From the NCBI GenBank assembly GCA_030390025.1, contig CM059431.1:119104001-119168000 (forward strand): a stretch of 64,000 bases of DNA. Reading direction: 5' to 3'. The notes below the pieces were generated by a model, which did not search any database, was not told the DNA's origin, and worked only from the letters and a program-made list of their open reading frames with translations. Of the stretch, positions 23,783 to 35,824 are shown in pieces. Both the position numbers and the translations under genes were made by a program. This DNA comes from Squalus acanthias (lineage: Eukaryota). Every line of letters begins with the position of its first letter. Positions within the stretch are counted from its first letter, which is position 1.

Positions 23783-25705
23783 TGGCTGGATTTTACCCGG
23801 GTGTAAGGTGTAATTGACTGCACCTGTATCGCCATGCGTGTCTTTTTTTGAGAACCCTTCAAACTTTCTCAACTGGATGGGGTTTCATTCCATTAATGTG
23901 CAGCTTGCATGCGATCAGAAGCACCTCATTATGCAAACAAATGCTTGCTATGCAAGGAGCTGTGAAGATTATTTTAATTTAAAGCAGTCTGCAATCCCAC
24001 CACTATTCACAGATGCAAGGCAGGTGTCAGGGGTGGTTCATTGGTGATTAAGGCAAACCATCTGGTTGAAGACATTGAAGGACCCCCATTGAGCATTGAT
24101 GCAATGAGTCTCATGGTTCCACCAGGATTGCAATTGAACAGGCTAGGGATTCTGAAGATGTGCTTCAGGTGTCTTGATAGATCGGTGGCAGTGCTGCATA
24201 TAGTCCAACCAGGGCCGCTTGCATTGTTGTGGTTTGCTGTATGGTACAAAATGTTGCCATCTGCAAAGGATTGCTGATTTGTGTCCAAGCAGAGTAGAAG
24301 AAAAGGACCAATGCCAGCAGCGTCAGAGGCAACCAAGGGCCTGGTTGAGGAAGATATTGTACAGTAAAAACTTTGACGTCTGCCAGCGATTTGTGAGCAG
24401 AGCTCTTAAGGAACATCTTTAGCTAAGTAATTGCAGTGCCCACAGTCCTGCTTCACGGTCCCCCTTTTGAACATATATCCAATTGTTCGTATGCTGACAC
24501 TCCACTCTACTCCACCATTACCAGTGCTATAATTTCAGATATATTCTGCAACTCTTTCTCCCAGGCGTCCCCAAGCTTGCCATAATCATTTTGCATATTT
24601 CATCAGTACAATTAAATCCTCAATCCACAGACGTGGTGCTCCACCTTACTGGCTTTTGTTCCCATGTCTCTTCATGATGCCTCTTCTATTAAAATTCTGA
24701 CAGGACAGGACAAACTAGATGCAGGAAGGATGTTCCCGATGGTCGGGGAGTCCAGAACCAGGGGTCACAGTCTAAGGATAAGGGGTAAGCCATTTAGGAC
24801 AGAAATGAGGAGGAATTTCTTCACCCAGAGAGTGGTGAACCTGTGGAATTCTCTGCCACAGAAGGCAGTAGAGGCCAATTCATTATATAGATTCAAGAAG
24901 GAGTTGGATATATTTCTTAAGGCTAAAGGGATCAAGGGATATGGGAAGAAAGCAGGGACAGGGTACTGAATTTGGATGATCAGCCTGATCGCATTGAATG
25001 GCGGAGTTGGCTAGAGGGGCTGAATGGCCTACTCCTGCTCCTATCTTCTATGATTCTATGATTCTATGATGCTTGTGCCCTTTCAAACTAATCTCCTACT
25101 TCTCCGGTGGCAGGAGATTCTGAACTAGCTGGCTGGTGCTTAGCAGCAAGAGCCACAGGGGACTGAGGTGGTTCTCAAATCAGAGCAGAAGAGGCCAACG
25201 AAAGACCTGGTGCAGGTTGCACCTCCACTACGACTGCAAGGGCAGCCTAGCCCTGGCAACTTTCTGCCATATGTGCAGGTATCTGAAGGGACTGGTAGGA
25301 GGCCACACGTGTAGTACTGCCCTGAGGCACAGTATTATCATGCATGCGCACACCTCCCAAACCACTACTAGTTTTTTGCTCTGCTTGGGCCCTGACCAGC
25401 GGGCAAGCAGATTGAATAGCCCTATTCAGATCATTGAGAGATATTTGTCTCTGCTCAAGACGTCTGTAGTGCCAGGCGCAGCCGTCATGCCTGAAGCTGC
25501 AACTGTCCTTAGATCCTCTGTTGCAGAAGGGGAGGCTATGGTGCAGATCGTTCCAGGGTTACTGCATGGCTTTACACATATCCATCATGGTGCCGCGGAT
25601 GTGGATAGTGGAGTCCTCCAACTGAACCACCATCTAGAGCACATTCTGGGACAATGTCCAAAATGCCTGAACATAAGTTTGATGCTCGGCAAGCATTGTT
25701 CTTTT
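23783..25705 (+). mobile_element. Degenerate Harbinger element with transposase fragments at about 23860-24280
   Basis: Starts GGCTGGATTTTACCC; NWMGFHSINVQLACDQK and LGILKMCFRCLDRS motifs; right end not resolved. Confidence 0.65.
24690..25069 (+). mobile_element. CR1 3' fragment
   Basis: KILTGQDKLDAGRMFPMVGESRTRGHSL...; (CTATGATT)n tail; possible TSD ATGATGC; same subfamily as 49966-51633. Confidence 0.9.
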
Positions 25706-25706
25706 T

Positions 25707-25779
25707 AATAAAAGCAGAAAATGCTGGAAATACTCAGCAGGTCAGGCAGCATCTGTGGAGAGAGAAACAGAGTTAACGT
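25707..25779 (-). mobile_element. PLE family-1 pLTR fragment fused to a DeuSINE tail (25780-25880, +)
   Basis: Reverse of AACGTTAACTCTGTTTCTCTCTCCACAGATGCTGCCTGACCTGCTGAGTATTTCCAGC; followed by ACAACAGTGACT...GCTATATAAATGCAAG. Confidence 0.75.
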
Positions 25780-26028
25780 TACAACAGTGACTATACCTTA
25801 AAAAGTACTTCATTGGCTGTAAAGCGCTTTGGGACGTCTAGTGGTCGTGAAAGGCGCTATATAAATGCAAGACTTTCTTTTTATTAATGAATGGAAAATC
25901 ATGGGCTCAGGATGTGCAATTCCTGATATGTTCTCCTGCTGCTCCAGGAGAAAATCTCCCCAATTGCGTGCGGTTTTGGTCACCCCATTATAGAAAGGTT
26001 ATAAAAATAATGGAAAAATGTGTAGATT

Positions 26029-26661
26029 TTTTTTTTCGTTCCTGGGATGTGGGCGTCGCTGGCAAGGCCAGCATTTATTGTCCATCCCTAATTGCCCTTG
26101 AGAAGGTGGTGGTGAGCCGCCTTCTTGAACTGCTGCAGTCTGTGTGGTGAAGGTACTTCCACAGTGCTGTTAGGGAGGGGTTTCCAGGATTTTGACCCAG
26201 CGACGATGAAGGATTGGCGATATATTTCCAAGTCAGGATGGTGTGTGACTTGGAGGGATCTTGCAGGTGATGGTGTTCCCATGCGCCTTCTGCCCTTGTC
26301 CTTCTAGTTGGTAGAGGTCGCGGGTTTGGGGGGTGCTGCCGAAGAAGCCTTGGCGATTTGCTGCAGTGCATCTTGTAGATGGTACACACTGCAGCCATGG
26401 TGCGATGGTGGAGTGAATTTTTAAGGTGGTGGATGGGGTGCCAATCAAACGGGCTGCTTTGTCCTTGATGGTGTCGAGCTTCTTGAGTGTTGTTGGAGCT
26501 GCACTCATCCAGGCAAGTGGAGAGTATTCCATCACACTCCTGACTTTTGCCTTGTAGATAGTGGAAAGGCTTTGGGAGTCAAGAGGTGAGACACTCGCCG
26601 TAGAATACCCAGCCTCTGGCCTGCTCTTGTAGCCACAGTATTTATGTGGCTGGTCCAGTTA
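26029..26661 (-). mobile_element. L2/Crack-like LINE 3' fragment
   Basis: MEYSPLAWMSAAPTTLKKLDTIKDKAARLIG, AATAAA and poly(A) tail; TSD AGATT (26024-26028 / 26662-26666). Confidence 0.85.
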
Positions 26662-26698
26662 AGATTCACTCAAATATTAACAGGGATGAAAGGTTATT

Positions 26699-27462
26699 GG
26701 CCCAGAAATTAAACAGTGAGGGTTCCCGCGGGGGTAAGGAATCCCCGCGATATCGCACTACCGCGCCTACCTTTTTCCTCCGGGCCCACACGAACTTTAG
26801 TCTGAAAGGCTCTCTCTCTTGGAACTGTGCAGTGCTTGCGTGACCCAGAGACGCAATTAGTTCGTGTGAGCTCTGGGATCACGTGATTCAGTTAGAGCCA
26901 ATGGCAGCACACCATCGTTCATTCATAGTTTTGACAGGAAGACCTGTCAAAGCTATGAATACTACACCCCCCCAAAAGAACAGCTAAACCTCAATTAAAT
27001 TTAAAAAAAGCCATCACATTAATAAAATAAGTATAGTTAAATAAATTAACCACCTTAAACAAAAAATTAAGTTTTTGAAAAAATTTAAAATCTTTTTAAA
27101 AGTTATAAAAATAAACTTACCTTTCTTTAAAGTCTCTAAAAAAGATAAACCTGTTGAAAAAAATTTAAAATAACACTTAATTAACTACTTACCTTGTAAA
27201 AAGGGGGTCCTACGCCTGCTTTCTTCATGTGTAAAATCTTCCATGCTCACCTGCGCGTTCAAAGCTGCAAAAATAACTAAGTGCACTGCGTGCGCGCAGC
27301 CTGTAGTGCGCACGTGGTTCACTTAGGAACCGCCCCCTTTTGAATTCACGAAGTGCCGGTCTCCCGCGCATGCGCAGTGCATGCAGGAAACCGGCAATTG
27401 GAGACCTAATACGCGAGAGTACACAGTGCGTACTCTCGCGTATTAGGTCTAATTTTTGGGCC
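26699..27462. mobile_element. Young CpG-rich Harbinger-type MITE
   Basis: TIRs GGCCCAGAAATTA / TAATTTTTGGGCC; TSD ATT; AT-rich centre and CpG-rich subtermini. Confidence 0.85.
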
Positions 27463-28119
27463 ATTGTTTTGAAGAGTCAGTCAAGAAGTAAGGCTTTTTT
27501 TCTCACTAGAACTGAATAGGTTAAGAGGCAGCTGATGGAGGTATTCAAAATAATGATGGGTTATGATAGGCTAAGTAATGATAGACTGTTTCCACTGGTT
27601 AGTGAGATGGGAATGAGATAATTTAAGATAACAACAAAAAGAATTAAAGAGGAGGTTAGAAAAATTTCTTTATGCAGAGGGTGGTCTTCATTGCCATTGT
27701 TGAAGCAGAGTCCAGAAATTACTACTTTTAAAAGGGATTTAGATAGGTGCTTGAAGAGCAATTATAGTAATGTGTATGAGGAACTAGCAGAAGAGATTAG
27801 CCTAAATGGTTCATATGGTGAATAAACAGACTTGATGGACAAATAGCTTTTTGCTGTGCTATAACATTCTAGGACCTGGAAATTCCTTTGGGGTTTTTGC
27901 CAGACTTAAACAGCAGGATAATGCCATCCATTATAATGTGAGGGTACTGTAATAGGTGCAATGGAATGCTCAAGCTCACATAGCCAGCCTATATCAACCA
28001 GAAACCATTTTTTAAAAAGCTGTTGGATTTTTTAAAAGTTGACTTTACTCTCGATGCAGATTTTCTTTCTGAGATTTTCTCCATTTTATTTCCTGCCCTT
28101 GTCTCCTGAAGGCACTACA

Positions 28120-28530
28120 TCTTGTTGGGTACAATTCCATGGGTGACAGCCACATTCAGTCTCTCCTTGCCTTAATTCATGTCTGAGCCTTAACTGTGAG
28201 CAATGGCAGGCAATTTGACTACAGGGGATGTTATAGCCAAGTCTGATCCTGTCCTGGTGTAACAGCCTCACACACACTTCAGCAGGCAGTCACTGAATAG
28301 CAATGGGGAATAGAAATCCTGGCAATTTTGCTAATTGAAGGACACTGAGGTTAATTGTACAGTACTCTCCTGTGAAATGCCGTGGGACGTTTTACTATGT
28401 TAAAGGTGCTATATAAATGCAAGTTGTTGTTGGTGCATTCCTATTATTGTGTCACCTGGGATCAAGTAATCCAGCACAGACCCAGGGATTGAACCTGGGA
28501 CCTTTCTGGTCTATCTGGCACAGCTACTTG
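28120..28530 (-). mobile_element. Old tRNA-derived SINE (second family) carrying an L2 tail insert at 28372-28432
   Basis: Minus-strand B-box-like GGTTCAATCCC near 28485-28495; colinear with 47150-47810. Confidence 0.5.
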
Positions 28531-29275
28531 CTGAAAACAACCTCACAGTACCATTAGGGGAGTATTGTTATAATGCTAAATATACCAAACATGTCTATAA
28601 GATAACTCAATCATTTGTTTGAAATTATCTATTTTGATACACATCTGCCCACAGTACAACAGAGATAAAATATATTTGATGCATAGTGCAGTTCTTCATA
28701 TTGACTTATAGCAGTTTCTCATGAATAAAATGTTTCATCCCATCTATTATCTATTATAATTGTATTTTAAAAAAAGTTAAAACATTTCTTTATTCGTGCT
28801 GTATTATTTTTTGCAATAACAAACAAAAGCCACAGTTTCATTGCAGTGAAGTTATTGATATTTACACAGTGTGAGAAAGGACACTGAATTGAATGCCAAA
28901 ATCTGACCAGATCCTGAACGAATGTTATTCTGTAATCGTTATAACTTGCAGGTTACTACTAAGTTGCTTCTCTCTGGCTCTTTGCTGATTCTCATGACTG
29001 ACCTGTGGTGTTTCCCATGCTCACAGTTGCATTAGATATATCAATTTTGCTCCATTTACAGCTTTGCAAACCCTTGTAGTGCTCATCCTTCTCTCTCCCT
29101 CGCAGTTTCCACAGATTACTTGTATTAAATCAATAGTGAAAATCAGTAAATCATTAAGATATTGTGAATGTCAGCAATGCAGACTACAGAAAAATCAATA
29201 TCTATTAAATAAAATCGTGAGTCTTGACATTCCTGGACTTGTGGGGGGAGCTTTTCCTCTCTTTTGTGCTTATGT

Positions 29276-29952
29276 CTGACCCCGAGATGAGCTTCCGAAC
29301 ACTTATCTGTTCCAGAACCAAGACTGCCTACTTCCACCTCTGTAACATCGCCTGATTCCGACCCTGCATCAGTTCAGCTGTTGCTGAAACCCTTATCCAT
29401 GTCTTTGTTACCTCTAGTCTTGTCTATTCCAATGCTCTTCCAATGGCCGGCCTCCCCGCTTCCAACCTACATAAACATGTGCTCATCCAAAACTCTGCTG
29501 CCCGTATCTTAACTCGCTCCAAGTCTCGTTCACCCATCATCCCTGTGTTTGCAGACCTAAACTGGCTCCTGGTCCAACATTGCCTCAATTTAAAAATCCA
29601 AATCCTTGTTTTCAAATCTCTCCATGGCCTCACTCCTCCCTATCTCTGTAACCTCCTCCAGCCCTACAAGGCTTTGAGATCTCTGCACTCCTCTAATTCT
29701 GGTCTCTTGGCCGTCCACAATTCTAATCATTCACCATTGGCAGCCGTGCTTTCAACTGCCCTAAGCTCTGGAATTCTCTCCCTCAACCTCTCAGCCTCTC
29801 TACCTCTCTCTCGTCCTTTAAGATGCTCCTTAAAACCTACCTCTTTGACCAAGCTTTTGTTCATTTGTCCTGATATCGCCTTTTATTGATATCACTCTTG
29901 TTATGCACCGAGGGATGTTTTGCTATGTTAAAGGTAAGTTGTTGTTGTTGTT
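29276..29952 (+). mobile_element. L2 LINE 3' fragment
   Basis: IQNSAARILTRSKSRSPIIPVFADLNWL...; (GTT)n tail. Confidence 0.85.
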
Positions 29953-30175
29953 GGGAAATGATCAGTTGCCTTTATGTTTCCTTGGGATTTTTCAGTTTCT
30001 TCCATAGGTGGGACAAGTGGCAACCATGCTAATGAGGCAGGAGGGAGCATTCCCAGTTCCCGTGCCTCATTTTGCAATCTCCAATTGCCTGGCAGGTACC
30101 CATTTGGAGGACTGCCTAGAAGAAGTGGGTCTTAAACTCTGCACCTAGCCCTGCTCAAATTGGACCATCTGAAGG

Positions 30176-30790
30176 GAGGGGCGAGGCCATGGAGGGATTT
30201 GAAAACAAGGAAGAGAATTTTGAAATCAAGGCATTGCTTAACCAGGAGCTAATGTAGGTCAGCGAGCACAGGGGTGATGGGTGAACAGGACTTGGTGCAA
30301 GTTAGGGCACAGGCAGCGAAGTTTTGGAATACCTCAAGCTTACGTAGGGTAGAACGTGGGAGGCCAGCCAGGAGTACGTTGGAATAGTCAAGACTAGAGT
30401 TAACAAAGGCATGGTTGAAGGTTTCAGCAGCAGATGAGCTGAGGCAGGGGAGGAGACGGGCGATGTTACGGAGGTGGAAATAGGCAGTCTTAGTTATGCT
30501 GCGGATATGTGGTCGGAAGCTCATTTCAGGGTCAAATATGACACCAAGGTTACGAACAGTGTGGTTTAGCCTCAGACAGAAATTGGGGAGACGGATGGAG
30601 TCAGTGGCTAGGGAATAGAGTTTGTGGCGGGGAACGAAAACAATGGCTTCGGTCTTCCCAATAGTTCATTGGAGAACATTTCTGCTCATCCAGAACTGGA
30701 TGTCGGACAAGCAGTTGACAATTTAGAGACCTTGGAGGGTCGAGAGAAGTGGTGGTGAAGTAGAGCTGGATGTGTTCAGCATGTATATCT
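30176..30790 (-). mobile_element. L2 LINE fragment
   Basis: SFRPHIRSITKTAYFHLRNIARL...AETFNHAFVNSSLDYSNVLLAGLP. Confidence 0.85.
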
Positions 30791-32790
30791 AGGACAGGCA
30801 CCATTACTATAATATTCTGAAAAAAAAACATTGCCTGGTATGGGGCTGCATAACTCAGATATCCCCTGACATATCATCATGTGCTTTATTTATTAGAATT
30901 CTCCAGTGACTATTGTGCATTCTGCTTTTGAAATGCATATTGCAAGATCATTTTAAAACTGGCAATACCAGCAGAGGTGTTTTGATCATAAGTTACTCTT
31001 GGGATTCTCACAGGTTGTGTTATGTATATTTATCGATCTATCTGCAACAGGCGCTCTGGTCTGTTCAAAGAACAGAGCATCCCCTACCTGGTTGCACTAG
31101 CCTCAACCCTTAATACCCTTCATAGTAGGTGGAAACAGGACAGCTGACCCAGTCCCAGGATCCTGATCCTGTCTGCTATCAGGGCTGACCGTGCGCTGGC
31201 TTCATGTGGTTGGAAGCAGCTTCGGTCTTGTCCATTCGCCATATCTACATGCTGGCTGCTGAAGTGGGGATGGAGGGGACCAACACCAAGATTGGCAGCC
31301 AGAGAACCTCCCTTCAGGCCTTCAAATGACAGTAGCGACTGGACAGACTCCCACAATGGGGCACGGGACTTTCATGCCAGCCCACCTGATATCTGAACTT
31401 AATAGCAATGTGTATATAATCCTGCATGTGACCTCCTTAACTCGCTGTAAAACAGACCCAGGGTCCATATGCCAAATAAATTGGTGCAGTCAAATCCATG
31501 TTATACCCACAGCCTCTCATTTATTTTGCAGCAATGTTGTCTTGGCACACCAATGCAAATTGTATTTGCACAAATGCGAATGATCTTTGACCACTGTCAT
31601 TGACACAAACAGATGGGTTTCAATTGCTGTGGGAAATCTGTAACCTGCACAGTGTGCACAGAATATGGAAATGTTACTTTTAGTGGTTCAACAGAACCTT
31701 GCCAAAAAGAAAACTCTGTCCCCAGCTAAAATCGCATCCCGTGTGATGTACAATATGTTAAATTGTAGCAAAACATGCAAGGTAGCACCGAACAATTGCA
31801 AAGCTGTAAAGTATTTAGTCAGGCTCATTACTTCCTACTACTATTCTAAATAGACCATTTCAAAACTGTAGAGAATCGCTGCAGTAATAGTGCTTTTTTG
31901 AAATTAAATTTATCATCCTGAAGAATTTCCAACATATACTGGATGTAATTGCAGCCAATTTCTGTAGTTTTTACGTTGCTGAAATCCATTTTCCTTCATT
32001 TGTTTTAAAGTGCTTCAGATTTGTAAGAAAGCTGAAAGCTGCTTAAAAATTCCGTGTAAGCTAGATCTGGTTATGGAGGTGATAACAATACATATATTGA
32101 AGTAATTTAGATCCAAGATTATAATATTGCAAAGATATATTTTTATCTGGTTCAGTGGTGGTTAAAAGAGGCTCCCAGTATTAATGTAATTAATTGAGGG
32201 ACTACAACCTTGTTATATAGCATTTCAAATAATAAGGACTTTTTTTCCTGATATATATATAATTAGATATATAAATTGGTATTTATGACATATAACATTG
32301 CATTCCTGTAAACCTCACAGTTACTTCCTGTCACACTAGCCATCGTACTTCAGTTGTCTCACATTCAGATGTCACACTTTAAATGATTCTCTGGCTCATC
32401 CTGTGCAATGCCACAGGAAATCAGCTAATACATATAAAAGCATCAAAGGCCAAAAAGGGTTAATATTATTCCAAGAATATAGAAAATAAACTGGGAAATT
32501 ACAGTGCTAGTTTATGCTGTCAGTGTTTTTCTAGTTAAAAGCAAACTCCATGGCTGGTGTTTTGCTTTGTGCAGTTGGTTATGGATTTACTGCCAACAGA
32601 AAAGAGATAACACCTCCGCTCTAACTATTGCGTGATTTGGGCAACAAATCCTTAATTTCAATATTCAGATTGTTTTTTTTAGGTGGCATTATTAGTGTGG
32701 AGTGCTACTGCCGTAAAAAAGGAGGTTCTCTCATGAAGTATGGGTAAAAGAAGAGAGCATAAAATAACTTCCACATTAATTCTGGGGGTT

Positions 32791-33219
32791 AAAGAAAGAG
32801 TTATATTTATATCGCACCTTGCACGACCTCGGGATGTTCCAAAGCGCTTTACAGCCAATGCAGTACCTTTGTAATGTAGGAAACATGGAGCCAAGCATGC
32901 ACAGATCAAGTTTTCACGAACAGCAATGTGATAATGATCAGATATTCTGTTTTTAGTGGTGTTGGTTGAGGAATAAATATTGGCTAGGACACTGGGCAAA
33001 ACTCCTCTGCTCTTCTTCAAAATAGTGGCATGGGATCTTTTAAGTCCACCTGAGTGAGCAGACAGAGCATTGGTTTAACGTCTCATCCTATAGACGGCAC
33101 CTCTGACAGTGCAGCACTGAAGTGTCAGCCTAGTTTTTATGCTCAATTCTCTGGGAACTTAAACCCACAATCCTCTGACTCAAAAGGGAAAAGTGCTACC
33201 AACTGGGCCATGGCAGACA
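32791..33219 (-). mobile_element. DeuSINE copy
   Basis: Colinear reverse homologue of 4906-5368, from tail to A box. Confidence 0.85.
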
Positions 33220-33926
33220 CCTAATGTAGACCATAGCCCGTGATACATTCCTTGGGATTGGACAGCCAGAATTAATTTGATTTTATTCAAGTGGACAGAA
33301 AGATATTCTTGTGCATTGTTAACACCTTAGTTTAATTGGTGAACATGAATGGGAACCATTTACTTGTCAAATAAGGTGGCAACATTACCTTCCAGTGGAC
33401 AGTTCAGATTCATAGGGGGAATAATTCGTCCCCTTAGTACCTCCCGTTAGCGCCAATAGATGGCGCTAATAGGGCACTAGACCAGTATCATCGGGGCGAG
33501 GCGAATCCAGCGGCACACGCCAAATCCGCCCCCCCCCACCCTGTAGCGCCGCCGGTAAGAGGTATCATCGGGAACGTCAACACCAGGTAGATTGTGGCGT
33601 CAGTGAGTGTGCAATGCTCACTGACCGCCCGATTTGCAAAATTGATTCTCGCCACTTACCTCCCTGCCTGGAGTAAACACCGACAAGGAGAGCTGGCATG
33701 CAGCACCAGGAAGCCGGCTCCAGGCACGTTATTTAAAGGGATCATCAGTAATCACTCACAGCTGTCGGGTTAGTGCAGTTTCAGTGGTTTTTTTGTGTTA
33801 ATTTCACCCACTGCAACGGTTTCAGTCAGTAATTTGAAGATTCTTTTATATCAGGAGTCTTCTGGCAACTAAAAAGTAGCAACATTTATTCTTCAAAGAA
33901 TCAAACTGCTACACTTGGTAACATTA

Positions 33927-35110
33927 ATGGGGGCTGTACTGGCATGCCACCTCGCCCGCCAGGATCTACGGCGGAGGGAGCGTAGGCAGCGATAAAGAAG
34001 GGAATATGTGTGCAGAGGGAAGAGGAGGGCCTTTAGGGTCCTCAACAGGAGGCCTTACCCTCCGAGGGTATTCCGAGAGCACTGTTCCTACCTCCAATTC
34101 AGCGAAGAGCAGTGTATTAGAAGGCTTTGCTTCACCAAGGAGGTGGTCACAGAATTTTGCCACCTCCTCCAAACAGACCTTCAGCCTCAGACCAGGGCAA
34201 CCAAGGCTCTCCCAGTTGCAGTCAAGGTCACTGTGGCCCTCAATTTCTTCACCAGTGGATCCTTCCAGTCTGCAACAGGAGACATAGCTAACATCTCACA
34301 GTTCGCCGTCCATCGCTGCATCCGGGTGGTTACTGAGGTTCTCTACAGCAGGGGGAAGGGATTACATTCACTTCCCGATCACCAGAGAGAAGCGAGACAA
34401 GTGTGTATATGGCTTTGCCAGGATAGTGGGCTTCCCCATGGTGCAAGGGGCCATCGACTGCACCTACATGGCTTTGCGGGCATCGCATAACAATCCTAAG
34501 ATCTTCCATAATCGCAAAGGCTACCACTCACTTAATGTGCAGTTGGTGTGCGACCACAGACAGTGAATCCTTAATGTCAATGCCCGCTATCCTGGCAGCA
34601 GCCATGATGCCTTCATCCTGCGTCAGCACTCTTCCAGCCGCCATGTCAAGCTCAAGGGTGGGCTGCTCAGAGACAAGAGCCATCCGCTCTCCACCTGGCT
34701 CATGACTCCCCTCCGCAACCCCAACACTCATGCCCAGCATTCATAATGAGAGTCATGCCACCACCAGGAACATCATCAAGCAGACCATTGGTTTATTGAA
34801 GCAATGGTTCCGCTGCCTTGACCGCTCGGGAGGAGTCCTCCAGTACACACAAGAGCGGGTGTCCCATTTCGTGGTGGTCTGCTGCATGCTCCACAACTTG
34901 GCCATCATGATTGCACAACCCTTGCCAGCAGGGATTGCAGGACCACCTCAGGAGGAGGGCGAGGCAGAGGAGGATGAGGATGAGGAGGAGGACGAGGAGA
35001 AGAGGATGAGGATGAGGAGGAACAGGAGGGAGGGAGGAGGCAGCGAGACAATCGGCCTTCTGGACAGGCTGTCCGTGACCGGCTCATCGGACTCCAATTC
35101 ACATAAATGA
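33927..35110 (+). pseudogene. Harbinger DDE transposase (HARBI1-like) pseudogene
   Basis: ALNFFTSGSFQ, GFPMVQGAIDCT, NRKGYHSLNVQLVCD, ARYPGSSHDAFIL, W LLRDKS, RNIIKQTIGLLKQWFRCLDRSGG, CCMLHN and an acidic tail; stops, frameshifts, and K at the catalytic E position. Confidence 0.9.
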
Positions 35111-35465
35111 AACCCCAGATCCCCGTAGCTCACCACATCCCCATCATACAATCCCTGTCTCATGGTGTATCACAGTGTCCTCCTGGGCGCAAAGGTGAAA
35201 TGAGAGAGACCACAAAATATTCTAAACACCATTAATAATTTATCTATAAACACATCACACTTATCACATGAATTCTAATAACTAATGACCCTTGTGCCTG
35301 CCATAGTTGAATAGCTGTCATTGTGTGCAAGTGTGAGATGTGGGTGTGAGTGTTGCTAGGTAGAGATTGTTGGTGAGTAAGTGCTAGGGGTGTGGTGCTT
35401 TGGGCAGTGTGCGAGGATTGTGGTACAGATAGTGGTATGTAGCATCTGTTGAAGCATTCACTCAC

Positions 35466-35706
35466 CCTGACCACCCGTGAGGTTTTTAAATTTCTTCCTG
35501 CACTGTGTGTGAGTCCTGGGGACCACAGTGCTGCCTGAGACGTACTGCGCTACCTCCCTCCACATGGTGTGGAAGACTTGTGGTTAGGACCTCCTGCCAC
35601 TTGTTGGGTAGAGCTCCGCCCTCCACCTCTGCACAGCGAAAACCAAAGCCTCCAATGCTTCATCTGAGAATCTGCAGGCTCTCTCCCTGGGGCGTGGACC
35701 TGCCAT
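35466..35706 (-). pseudogene. Harbinger Myb/SANT partner gene, exon 1
   Basis: MAGPRPRERACRFSDEALEALVFAVQ...WREVAQYVS...PRTHTQCRKKFKNL ending at CAGG|GTGAGT; one in-frame stop. Confidence 0.8.
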
Positions 35707-35824
35707 GAGCACACCTGGTTCAGTCCTCTGGCTCCTTCTCCTTGTTCTGCTTCTGCTTGTTGAGGCAGCTGCACAACCGACAATGCTGAGAATAAGGGGC
35801 TGCAGCATCAACGAGCCTCCCCTT

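Larger units (their letters stand above)
25960..27870 (+). mobile_element. Old CR1 3' remnant split by two insertions
   Basis: CVRFWSPHYRK at 25965, resumes at 26662-26698 and after 27463 (LRG-LMEVFKIMMG). Confidence 0.6.

Noticed and set aside
25136..25708. 190-aa plus-strand ORF
   Set aside because: No recognisable domain; probably the antisense of a decayed Harbinger second gene.
31120..31356. 78-aa minus-strand ORF in unique sequence
   Set aside because: Non-ATG start, an in-frame stop just upstream, no compatible splice acceptor and no recognisable domain.
33927..35110. Host gene HARBI1
   Set aside because: It has stops, frameshifts and a lost catalytic Glu, and sits inside a transposon with related copies nearby; it is a transposase fossil, not the domesticated gene.
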